A stretch of DNA of 64,000 nt from Oscillospiraceae bacterium (GTDB taxonomy: Bacteria > Bacillota > Clostridia > Saccharofermentanales > Saccharofermentanaceae), in the NCBI GenBank assembly GCA_902782235.1, contig CACZML010000005.1, positions 1,091 to 65,090 of the forward strand. The letters are read 5' to 3'. A program made the position numbers and the translations under genes. Positions 38,035 through 47,078 of this stretch are shown here, one piece after another (position 1 is the stretch's first letter; every line of letters starts with the position of its first letter). The notes under the pieces were generated by a model. The model was not told the origin of the DNA. It was given only the letters and a program-made list of their open reading frames with translations, and made no database searches.

Positions 38035-41000
38035 TCAAGCTTTTACTACAGAGAATGTGATCTTCTCGCCGTTGACATTCCATTCCTTGGAATTGTCGCC
38101 TGTGCCGTTAGTGATCTCAGTTGCCAGTACTTCGGAAGCAAGGTATTCCTTCTTCTTCTCGATAACTTCAGCAAGCTTATCGTTGCCGGAATACTTGAGA
38201 ACGATACGGTCAGATACTGTAAGACCCTCTGTCTCCTTACGGTGATTCTGGATCTTGGAGATCATCTCTCTTACAAGACCGTCTTCAATGAGTTCTTCTG
38301 TAAGAACTGTGGAGATGGATACTGTAAGATTGCCTGATGTCTGTGTGGAGAATCCTTCAGGCTGGGTTGTCTCGATGAGGAAGTCTTCTTCCGTCATCTC
38401 ATACTCTTCACCGTTTACTGTGATCTTAACAGAACCGTTCTTGAGCGCATTGTATGTCTCTTTGCCCGGGAGGTTTGCGATAACCTCCTTGGCATCGTTC
38501 AGGTTCTTGCCGAACTTTCTTCCGCATGTACGGAGCTGGGGCTTGAAGCTGTAATCTACGAGTGTTGAAGCATCGCTCAATACTTCGATCTTACGGATAT
38601 TAAGCTCATCAAGAACGATCGGCTTATATTCGTCATCAAGACCGATCTCAGAAACAACATAGATCTCAGACAAAGGCTGACGGTTCTTGATCGAAGCGGA
38701 CTCACGGCAGCTGTGGCCTAATGTAACGATCTGCTGTACGAGTTCCATCTCTTCCTCGAGCTTAGCGTCGATAAGGCTCTCATCAGCAACCGGATACTTA
38801 GCGAGGTGTACTGAGATCGGAGCATCCTTATCTACAGAGCATACGATGTTCTGATAGATCTCTTCAGTCATGAACGGAACGAAAGGTGCGCAAAGTCTTG
38901 TTAAGTTGTCGAGAACAGTATAAAGAGTCATGTAAGCATTGACCTTGTCCTGTGTCTCCTCAGCGCCCCAGTATCTGTCACGGCAGCGTCTTACGTACCA
39001 GTTGGAGAGCTCTTCAGTGAAATCCTGAATGAGTCTTGCAGACTGGGAGATATCGTAGTTGTCCATCTTCTCGTTAACGACCTTGATAAGGGTGTTGAGA
39101 CGTGAGAGGACCCATCTGTCCATAGCGCCTAAAGAAGCCTTATCAAGTGTGTGCTTTGTAGGATCGAAGTTATCGATATCAGCGTACATTACGTAGAATG
39201 CATAGGTATTCCAGAATGTACCGATGAACTTCTTGATGCCGTCGTTAACTGCTTCCTTGGAGAATCTTGAAGGAAGCCAGGGCTGGTTAGCTGTGTAGAA
39301 ATACCATCTTGCAGCGTCAGCACCCTGTGTATCAAGAACATCCCAAGGATCAACGACGTTTCCTAAGTGCTTACTCATCTTGATACCGTCCTTATCCTGA
39401 ACGATACCCATTACGATACAGTTCTCGAAAGGAGCTCTTCCGAAGAGAACTGTGGAAATAGCGATAAGCGAATAGAACCATCCTCTTGTCTGGTCGATGC
39501 CCTCAGAGATGAACTGGCAGGGATAGTGTGTATCGAAGAATTCCTTATTTTCGAAAGGATAGTGATACTGGGCAAAAGGCATTGAACCGGAGTCGAACCA
39601 GCAGTCGATAACCTCTGTGACTCTCTTCATCTGGCCGCCGCACTTGGGGCACTTGATGTGAACGTTGTCAACATAAGGCTTATGGAGTTCGATGTCATCC
39701 GGACAATCGTCAGACATGGACTTGAGTTCCTCGATGGAACCGATGCAGTGTCTGTGGCCGCACTCGCACTCCCATACCGGAAGAGGTGTACCCCAGTAAC
39801 GCTCACGGGAGATACCCCAGTCGATTACGTTTCTTAAGAAGTCACCCATACGGCCGTCTCTTATTGTCTCAGGCATCCAGTTGACCATGTTGTTGGACTT
39901 TAAGAGCTCGTCTCTCTTCTTGCTCATTGCGATGAACCATGTGGATCTTGCGAAATAGATCAAAGGTGTGTCGCATCTCCAGCAGAAAGGATATTCGTGC
40001 TCGAACTTGGGAGCTGAGAAAAGAAGGCTTCTGGAATCAAGATCCTTCAATACTTCAGGATCTGCATCCTTAACGAACATGCCTGCAAAAGGTGTCTCCT
40101 CTGTGAGGTTACCCCTTGTATCAACGAACTGTACCATCGGGAGATCGTTGTCTCTTCCGACTCTTGCGTCGTCTTCACCAAATGCGGGAGCGATGTGAAC
40201 GATACCTGTACCGTCTTCCATCGTTACGTACTCGTCGCAGACTGTGTAGTGAGCCTTTTTCTTCTGCTTAGCAGCTTCATCAGCAGCACCCTGATAGAGA
40301 GCTACATAAGATCTGCCTGCAAGGTCAGTACCCTTGTAGGATTCAAGGATCTCATAAGCCTTCTCGCCGTCTTTTGCAAGCGCGCCGAGAACGGAATCGA
40401 GCAAAGCAGTTGCCATGTAATATGTGTAGCCGTCGCATGCCTTTACCTTGGAATACTCATCGTTGGGGTTAAGGCACAATGCAACGTTTGAAGGAAGTGT
40501 CCAGGGTGTTGTTGTCCATGCGAGAAAGTAAGCATCCTCATCAACGCACTTGAATCTTACGACAGCAGATCTCTCCTTGACTGTCTTATATCCCTGTGCA
40601 ACCTCGTGTGAAGACAAAGCAGTACCGCATCTGGGGCAGTAAGGAACGATCTTATGGCCCTTGTAGATAAGGTCCTGATCCCACATCTGCTTCAAAGCCC
40701 ACCATTCGGACTCGATGTAGTTGTTGTCATATGTAACATAAGGATTGTCCATGTCAGCCCAGAAGCCTACACGGTCACTCATGTGCTCCCACTGGTCCTT
40801 ATATGTCCAGACGGATTCCTTACACTTCTTGATGAAGGGCTCTACGCCGTAGCCTTCGATCTGAGGCTTGCCGTTAATACCCAAAGCCTTCTCAACTTCG
40901 AGCTCTACAGGAAGTCCGTGTGTATCCCAGCCTGCCTTGAAGACGATCGTCTCGCCCTTCATTGCATGGTATCTCGGAATTACGTCCTTAATGACTCTTG

Positions 41001-41184
41001 TCTTAATATGTCCGATATGGGGCTTTCCGTTAGCTGTCGGAGGGCCGTCATAAAGAGTAAAAGTCGGAGCACCGTCAGCCTTGGGCGCGATACTCTTTCT
41101 GTATACGTCATTCTTCTTCCAGAACTCGAGAACATTCTTCTCTCTGTCTACGAAATTGAGGTCTTTTGAAACTTTGTTGTACAT
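38035..41184 (-). CDS. ileS: Isoleucine--tRNA ligase, type 2 (long form)
   Basis: DGPPTANG.PHIGH, GWDTHGLPVE, WTTTPWTLPSN, DWGISRERYWG, KMSKH and a long C-terminal domain. Confidence 0.96.
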   Translation of the reverse strand: MYNKVSKDLNFVDREKNVLEFWKKNDVYRKSIAPKADGAPTFTLYDGPPTANGKPHIGHIKTRVIKDVIPRYHAMKGETIVFKAGWDTHGLPVELEVEKALGINGKPQIEGYGVEPFIKKCKESVWTYKDQWEHMSDRVGFWADMDNPYVTYDNNYIESEWWALKQMWDQDLIYKGHKIVPYCPRCGTALSSHEVAQGYKTVKERSAVVRFKCVDEDAYFLAWTTTPWTLPSNVALCLNPNDEYSKVKACDGYTYYMATALLDSVLGALAKDGEKAYEILESYKGTDLAGRSYVALYQGAADEAAKQKKKAHYTVCDEYVTMEDGTGIVHIAPAFGEDDARVGRDNDLPMVQFVDTRGNLTEETPFAGMFVKDADPEVLKDLDSRSLLFSAPKFEHEYPFCWRCDTPLIYFARSTWFIAMSKKRDELLKSNNMVNWMPETIRDGRMGDFLRNVIDWGISRERYWGTPLPVWECECGHRHCIGSIEELKSMSDDCPDDIELHKPYVDNVHIKCPKCGGQMKRVTEVIDCWFDSGSMPFAQYHYPFENKEFFDTHYPCQFISEGIDQTRGWFYSLIAISTVLFGRAPFENCIVMGIVQDKDGIKMSKHLGNVVDPWDVLDTQGADAARWYFYTANQPWLPSRFSKEAVNDGIKKFIGTFWNTYAFYVMYADIDNFDPTKHTLDKASLGAMDRWVLSRLNTLIKVVNEKMDNYDISQSARLIQDFTEELSNWYVRRCRDRYWGAEETQDKVNAYMTLYTVLDNLTRLCAPFVPFMTEEIYQNIVCSVDKDAPISVHLAKYPVADESLIDAKLEEEMELVQQIVTLGHSCRESASIKNRQPLSEIYVVSEIGLDDEYKPIVLDELNIRKIEVLSDASTLVDYSFKPQLRTCGRKFGKNLNDAKEVIANLPGKETYNALKNGSVKITVNGEEYEMTEEDFLIETTQPEGFSTQTSGNLTVSISTVLTEELIEDGLVREMISKIQNHRKETEGLTVSDRIVLKYSGNDKLAEVIEKKKEYLASEVLATEITNGTGDNSKEWNVNGEKITFSVVKA

Positions 41185-41223
41185 AAACCTGCTTCACCTT
41201 TATATATAATTTTGCAAGTTAAA

Positions 41224-41253
41224 ATTATATATATTAAGGGGCTTTAAAGTCAA
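41224..41253 (-). promoter_or_regulatory. Sigma-A promoter directly upstream of ileS
   Basis: Minus strand TTGACT-18 nt-TATAAT, about 40 nt before the ATG. Confidence 0.7.
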
Positions 41254-41942
41254 GCAAACAGGTTCCAGGGAAATCCGGAAGGAATTGGGGCCTCAAACGC
41301 AATAAATTCGCGCTTTACAGGGTGCTCGAACGACAATTTGTAAGCTTCGAGCGCAATATCTTTTGTCCTGTTATCTCTCAGGCCGTACTTCTGGTCACCT
41401 ATAAGCGGGTGTCCGAAATGTGCCATCTGGGCTCTGATCTGGTGACTTCTTCCTGTTCCGAGCTTAACTTCAACGAGTGTAAGCCCATCTTTACAAGCTA
41501 AAGCCCTGTAATCCAGGTAAGACGCCTTAAAGCCGGGCTTTTCGCTGTCTGATACAGTAACGGTATTGCTCGATTCATCCTTGGAAATATAATTCTCGAG
41601 CCTTCCCTCACCTTCAAGAACGCCATTTACGACACAACGGTAGATCTTATCTACCTTTCTGAGCCTTATCTGCTCTGAAAGCCTTGAAGCTGCTTTGCTC
41701 GTGCGCGCGAAAACCATGACTCCGGAAACCGGTCTGTCGAGCCTGTGAACAAGGCCGAGATAGACTTCTCCCGGTTTTTGGTACTTTTCTTTGATATAAG
41801 CCTTAAGGATAGTGAGCATATCAGGGGCATTGCTGCCGTCGCTCTGCGATAAGACACCTGCAGGCTTGATAGCCACGATAATGTGGTTATCTTCGTAAAG
41901 GACCTTTACGCCGTAAGCGATCTCTATTATCTGGCTGTCCAT
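41250..41942 (-). CDS. RluA family pseudouridine synthase (start placed at MDSQ)
   Basis: KPAG, VHRLDRPVSG, TGRSHQIR and HPLIGD..YG. Confidence 0.92.
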   Translation of the reverse strand: MDSQIIEIAYGVKVLYEDNHIIVAIKPAGVLSQSDGSNAPDMLTILKAYIKEKYQKPGEVYLGLVHRLDRPVSGVMVFARTSKAASRLSEQIRLRKVDKIYRCVVNGVLEGEGRLENYISKDESSNTVTVSDSEKPGFKASYLDYRALACKDGLTLVEVKLGTGRSHQIRAQMAHFGHPLIGDQKYGLRDNRTKDIALEAYKLSFEHPVKREFIAFEAPIPSGFPWNLFA

Positions 41943-42826
41943 CTTGCCGTCTGTCCGCAAGGCAAAAGGACTCCCATCTTAGATACCGGGAGCATCAGCT
42001 CTTCTGCATCAACTTTACCGCCCGGGATGGCAAGCTTTAATATCTGGCCGGATGCCTGGGCCGTAATGCCTGTGGCGTATGAACTTGCTATAAAGAAAAG
42101 CGGATCATCGGAAATGAGGTTAGCGCATAGCTTAACCAGGTCGTAGAAGGAATCTTCAAGCTTCCAGAGTTCTCCCGAAGGTCCTCTGCCGTAAGAAGGC
42201 GGATCCATAATGATTCCGTCGTACTTTCTTCCCCTTCTGATCTCGCGCTCAACGAATTTCATGCAGTCTTCAGCGATGAATCTGACATATTTGTCTTCAA
42301 GGCCTGACTCCTTGATATTCTCCTTAGCTCTGGCGATCATGCCCTTGGAAGCGTCGACGTGAACGACCTCATCAGCACCGTGAGCTGCACAGGCAAGTGT
42401 CTGGGCACCGGTGTAAGCGAACATGTTTAAGATCTTGATATCCTTCTTGCCTGAAGCTTTAGCCTTCTCGATAAGATCTCCGCAGAAATCCCAGTTTGAA
42501 GCCTGTTCAGGGAAAAGACCGGTGTGCTTAAACGCTGTAGGTTCAATGATAAAAGTCAGTTTCTTGCCTAAAGAATCGTAGCTGATCTTCCAGGTTGAAG
42601 GAAAGCTCTTCTGCTTTGTCCATGAGCCGCCCCCCTTATCACTTCTGGTGTAGAAGGCATGGGGCTTTTCGAGATCATCCATAGAGATCTCTTTGCCGTC
42701 TTTTATAACAGGCCAGACAGCCTGGGGATCAGGGCGCCTTAAAGTGACGTTTCCCCAACGCTCGTACTTTTCGCCGCCTCCGCAATAGATAAGCTCATAA
42801 TCTTTCCAATTGCCCGAAATGAACAT
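41927..42826 (-). CDS. Class I SAM-dependent methyltransferase (RlmI/RlmK-like)
   Basis: FKHTGLFPEQ, LNMFAYTGA, HVDASK and IIMDPPSYG. Confidence 0.85.
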   Translation of the reverse strand: MFISGNWKDYELIYCGGGEKYERWGNVTLRRPDPQAVWPVIKDGKEISMDDLEKPHAFYTRSDKGGGSWTKQKSFPSTWKISYDSLGKKLTFIIEPTAFKHTGLFPEQASNWDFCGDLIEKAKASGKKDIKILNMFAYTGAQTLACAAHGADEVVHVDASKGMIARAKENIKESGLEDKYVRFIAEDCMKFVEREIRRGRKYDGIIMDPPSYGRGPSGELWKLEDSFYDLVKLCANLISDDPLFFIASSYATGITAQASGQILKLAIPGGKVDAEELMLPVSKMGVLLPCGQTARWTAR

Positions 42827-42827
42827 A

Positions 42828-43412
42828 TTATTTGACCCTCATGACACCTGTTTTAGCAATAAATTCGCCGTTATAGTACAGTTCGACTGTGTAATCGCCC
42901 GGCTCAAAGGTTCCTAATCCTTCAAGACCGGCCGAGAAATCAGCTTCGGCAGTTACATTATCGTACATATTAACGTTTCTTGTAAGAACAACTTCATCGT
43001 CTTTGAGGATCTTTGCCTCAAGAACAGCTGTAATCGGAGACGAGAAATAGAAAACGCCCTTTAGCGCATAGGCTTTCTCCGAAGCTATGGAGCTGTAATC
43101 TACAGGGTTGTCAGATGCCACATCGTACCAGACTGAATAAACATAACTGCTCTTAACAAAATTTACTGAAATCTCAGTCGTTTCTGCAGTATCCGATGTA
43201 TAAGACCCTGTGGGCTCAAAAGACTCAAAAGTCTCTTCTGTATCCCTGGGAACGCCTGAAGCACCGGTATTATTGCTCTCGTAAGCCTCATAAAGTTCCT
43301 CTAAAAGCACAGTGCACGAAGTGATCCCCAAAAGCAAGGAAAGCGACAATACTGCCGCTATCATTCCCCTGATATATTGTGGTCTGCGCTTAACCATAAG
43401 ACCTCTTATCAA
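42828..43412 (-). CDS. Hypothetical lipoprotein (194 aa)
   Basis: Signal peptide with GITSC lipobox, Thr/Glu linker and a beta-rich C-terminal domain. Confidence 0.7.
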   Translation of the reverse strand: MIRGLMVKRRPQYIRGMIAAVLSLSLLLGITSCTVLLEELYEAYESNNTGASGVPRDTEETFESFEPTGSYTSDTAETTEISVNFVKSSYVYSVWYDVASDNPVDYSSIASEKAYALKGVFYFSSPITAVLEAKILKDDEVVLTRNVNMYDNVTAEADFSAGLEGLGTFEPGDYTVELYYNGEFIAKTGVMRVK

Positions 43413-44770
43413 TTATTGCCTGTTACTGACTGGCTCGTTTCCTTTACAACAATGCATGCTGCAGTAAGAACAATGTGCGTCTTGGAAGCGTCGCTGTATA
43501 CAACAAGACCGTAGAAACCCGGCTCAAACTTCTCGGAAGTATAATCCAGATCGTAGCAGGACTGGTCGTCATATGCAGAAGGCTTGCATGAACCTGAATA
43601 TACAGGCGTTGCTTTATTAATGTCCTTAAAGTCAGAAGTCTTGCTGTAGTAATAATCGTAATACAGTTCTCTCTCAATGTCAGCATTAACTGACAACGAG
43701 AACGCCAGAGTCTTTGTATTTGAAGCAAAAGCACTCTTTCCTACAGATGTAACATCGTAATCCCACCAGCCGGTCTTTGTAGGATAAGAGAGAGATTTCA
43801 AGTCGTCATCCTTGATCTCATAGACCAGATTGGTCAGATAGTAATCATTCTTATTGTTCTTGAAAACGATCTCTTCCTTCTCGTAAGTCTTGGTCTCAAC
43901 TTTACATTTGTAGGATTTGATCTCGTTTCCGTATTCATCTTCTATGCGGATCTCATAGGTTCCGTCATTAAGATTGCCGTTCTCATTAAAAGAAGACTCG
44001 CTGTTCTTGGCTGTGAAATCAAGTTTTGTGCTTGCTTCTATAAGATAGATAACATCAGAAGTAAAAAGCTCTTCCTCACCCCTGCTTACAACGTATTTTA
44101 TGCCCGGAACGAACTTGTAATCGAAAAGTTCAGGCTTGAAATTGACCATAAGGCAGATCTTGTCGGTATTGATATAGACGTCTCTCGGAGCAAGCATCCA
44201 GTCTCCGCTGCTGTAGAAGTCAGATATCGTACCCGGCATTACACCGTAATCACCGGATGCGAACTCATAAACAGCCTTTATTATGTCCATACCATTAGTG
44301 ATCTTCGGAGTATCACCACTAAGGTCCACTGTGGCATAAGTAGTGATTATCTTTTGTGGAGCAGCATAAAGAGCCGTCTCCAGATCCTCTAAGGTAGCGG
44401 CTGATTTAACCGCCGCGTCTTCCAGATCCGGGATATGCCAATTCAGATATGCGGTAGACTGCTTGGTATCAGGATCATAAATAGGCTCCTGAATGGTGTA
44501 TGATATCGCCTTTTTAACTGTATTAAGATATTCCTGCTGAGCAATATTCCTGTCAGAAGGACAGATTATCTCGCTTATCTCATCTGTCGGAATAGAATCA
44601 CCATTGAAATAAGAAACAAGCTTAGTAGCATCACCGGAATAAACGTCCTTGCAAAACTCCCTGCAAATATCCATTCCGGTATCAGCGGGCTGTTTCTCCC
44701 CGCAGCTGGTGACCGATAATATAGAACAGACGATAAGCAATACCGCTAATGTCCTTTTAAATCTACGCAT
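43409..44770 (-). CDS. Hypothetical lipoprotein (453 aa)
   Basis: SVTSC lipobox; N-terminal alpha/beta domain plus two beta-rich modules. Confidence 0.75.
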   Translation of the reverse strand: MRRFKRTLAVLLIVCSILSVTSCGEKQPADTGMDICREFCKDVYSGDATKLVSYFNGDSIPTDEISEIICPSDRNIAQQEYLNTVKKAISYTIQEPIYDPDTKQSTAYLNWHIPDLEDAAVKSAATLEDLETALYAAPQKIITTYATVDLSGDTPKITNGMDIIKAVYEFASGDYGVMPGTISDFYSSGDWMLAPRDVYINTDKICLMVNFKPELFDYKFVPGIKYVVSRGEEELFTSDVIYLIEASTKLDFTAKNSESSFNENGNLNDGTYEIRIEDEYGNEIKSYKCKVETKTYEKEEIVFKNNKNDYYLTNLVYEIKDDDLKSLSYPTKTGWWDYDVTSVGKSAFASNTKTLAFSLSVNADIERELYYDYYYSKTSDFKDINKATPVYSGSCKPSAYDDQSCYDLDYTSEKFEPGFYGLVVYSDASKTHIVLTAACIVVKETSQSVTGNN

Positions 44771-44792
44771 TAAAGCACTTTACCTCACATTT

Positions 44793-44825
44793 AAGTGGCG
44801 CCCTCTTTTATGAAGGCGCCACCTT
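44793..44825 (-). terminator. Hairpin between the two 453-aa lipoprotein genes
   Basis: GTGGCGCC-n-GGCGCCAC inverted repeat. Confidence 0.55.
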
Positions 44826-44872
44826 ATTTAACTCATTATATCAAAAACAGTTTAATACAATTAGGCAGAATC

Positions 44873-46234
44873 TTAAGAAACGCCGACATATGCCAGACAG
44901 ATAAGATTATTTGTACCCTTCTCGTAGATACCTACAAGGTAAATACCGAGCTTAGCCTGATCTACCTGATAATCGAAATCATAGAAGATTCCTTCAGTGA
45001 ACTGCTTGGGCTTTGCACTGCCGGTGAAAACAGGCTCCTTCATGGCATTCTTCAGGGAATCCGTGTCAGTCTTATCTGAATAGAAGTACTTGTAATCAAC
45101 CTCAGCCATGTTCAGATCATCAACCTGGATGGAGAATGTAAGCTTCTTAACATCCTTTTTGTATGTGTTTGCACTGGTCTTGCAGTTATCGTTGTTAAGC
45201 CAGCCGCAAGCCTTAACATGCTGTCTGAACTGTGCATTTCTGAATGTGAAGTAATTACCTTCACCGGGCAGAGCACCTGAATTATTATTGCCGCCATTGT
45301 TCTGCTTCGGAGGGGTCTTCTCTACTGTAACGGATACAGTATCGAGAAGCTCATCGCCAGCATCGCCCTTCATGTAAAAGTCGATCTTATAGTTTCCGGC
45401 ATCAACGAAAGCATTCTTATCAAGGCCCAACTGTTCATTTGTAACCTTGCATGTAACGATAGTTGATTCGCCGAGGATCTGGTCTTCACCGGTGAAGACC
45501 TCAGTTCCGTCCTTGGAAAGCTTGAAATAGAGCTTTACTCCGCGATCCTTAAAATCAGCAACGGAAGAATCGAAATAATAAGAATACTCGATAAAGATCG
45601 TATCAACATATTTGCCGTTTTCTGCAAGCCAGAAAGAGCTCATATTCTTGTTGATCAAAGCTTTTACCATGTCTGCAGAGACAGAGATATCGACTTTTGC
45701 CGTTCTGTAATCGTAGATCTTCAGGAATTTCTTGCTTCCGACATTGTCAGCAACCCATTCCTTATCTTCCTTAATGAACTCGGCTGTAAACTTGATCTCC
45801 TTTGTATCAGCCTTCTTAACGGCTGCAGTGAGATCCTCGATCTTTGTATATTTATCCTTGAGGACTGATTCATAATCTGCCATCGTGAAGATGATATCGA
45901 TAGAAGCCTGACCCTTCTTGGATGTGAAGGATTCCTCGTCTACCTCATACTCAATTGTCTTTTCGACAGCCTCATAAAAAGCCTTCTCTTCGTCTTTCTT
46001 GCCGTCAAGCGAAAGCGTCTCAGTCAATGCTGTAGCATCCTTGCTCTTCTTATCAAGGCTGGATTCCTTAATGAGCTTTGCAGCATCAGCAGCTACGATA
46101 TTCTCAGCAAGAACTCCTGCAGCTTCAATAACAGCCTTCTTTCCGCCGCCAAAATCGAGACAGCCCGTAAGGCTCAGTAAAACCGCACCGGTAAGAACAA
46201 CGGATACAGCTCTCTTATACAATTTTGTTTTCAC
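44873..46234 (-). CDS. Hypothetical lipoprotein (453 aa), similar architecture to 43409..44770
   Basis: SLTGC lipobox; similar domain layout; NNGGNNN linker. GTG start. Confidence 0.75.
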   Translation of the reverse strand: MKTKLYKRAVSVVLTGAVLLSLTGCLDFGGGKKAVIEAAGVLAENIVAADAAKLIKESSLDKKSKDATALTETLSLDGKKDEEKAFYEAVEKTIEYEVDEESFTSKKGQASIDIIFTMADYESVLKDKYTKIEDLTAAVKKADTKEIKFTAEFIKEDKEWVADNVGSKKFLKIYDYRTAKVDISVSADMVKALINKNMSSFWLAENGKYVDTIFIEYSYYFDSSVADFKDRGVKLYFKLSKDGTEVFTGEDQILGESTIVTCKVTNEQLGLDKNAFVDAGNYKIDFYMKGDAGDELLDTVSVTVEKTPPKQNNGGNNNSGALPGEGNYFTFRNAQFRQHVKACGWLNNDNCKTSANTYKKDVKKLTFSIQVDDLNMAEVDYKYFYSDKTDTDSLKNAMKEPVFTGSAKPKQFTEGIFYDFDYQVDQAKLGIYLVGIYEKGTNNLICLAYVGVS

Positions 46235-46391
46235 TTATGTACCCTCCCTTATGCAGGTATTCAATAAATTCTATATTGAATTCAGTAAAATGACAATAAA
46301 AACAATAATTCTATTTGATTTTTCAAAACCGATTGCACTTTTTTCATGAAGAATAATATAATATTTACTATAATTACGGGGGAATCTATTT

Positions 46392-47078
46392 ATGGCTGTT
46401 GCACCTAATATTTTAATTTGTGACGACGATCCGGTCGTACACGAATCTTTAGGCTTATATCTCGACAACGATAATTTTACTCATACTGACGCATATGACG
46501 GCAGAGAGTCTCTTGAAATGGCTCAGGCTACCAAGCCTGATCTCATCCTTCTGGATGTCATGATGCCTGAGATGAGCGGTCTTGATGTTTGCCGTGAGAT
46601 CAGAAAGACCATGGCAACGCCCATCATCATGCTTACTGCAAAGGGCGAAGAGATCGACAAGATCGTAGGCCTTGAGCTTGGTGCGGACGACTATATTGTT
46701 AAGCCTTTCTCTCCCCGTGAGGTAATTGCACGTGTTAAGGCCGTTCTCCGCCGTTTCGGCGACACACCGAAGCCTTCTTCACTGCTTACATTTGACGGTC
46801 TTGAGATCAATCTCAACAATTATTCCGTTAAATCAAATGGCGAGAATGTTCCCTGCACACCTAAGGAAGTTGAGATCCTTTATCTCCTGGCATCCCACCC
46901 GGGCCAGGTCTTCGGCAGAGACCAGATATTGGAATCTGTCTGGGGTGTAGATTATAACGGCGACTCAAGAACAGTCGATACCCACATTAAGAGGATCAGA
47001 CAGAAGATCACTTACGATAATGCACGCTGGTCCATCCAGACAATATACGGTATCGGTTACAAATTCGAGGTCTCGTAA
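46392..47078 (+). CDS. OmpR/PhoB family response regulator
   Basis: ICDDD, LLDVMMPEMSG, MLTAK, GADDY..KPF, RTVDTHIKR and YGIGYKF. Confidence 0.95.
   Translation: MAVAPNILICDDDPVVHESLGLYLDNDNFTHTDAYDGRESLEMAQATKPDLILLDVMMPEMSGLDVCREIRKTMATPIIMLTAKGEEIDKIVGLELGADDYIVKPFSPREVIARVKAVLRRFGDTPKPSSLLTFDGLEINLNNYSVKSNGENVPCTPKEVEILYLLASHPGQVFGRDQILESVWGVDYNGDSRTVDTHIKRIRQKITYDNARWSIQTIYGIGYKFEVS

Noticed and set aside
38035-41184. Type 2 IleRS as an acquired mupirocin-resistance gene
   Set aside because: It is a housekeeping copy in core context with a canonical HIGH motif; type 2 IleRS is common in Clostridia.
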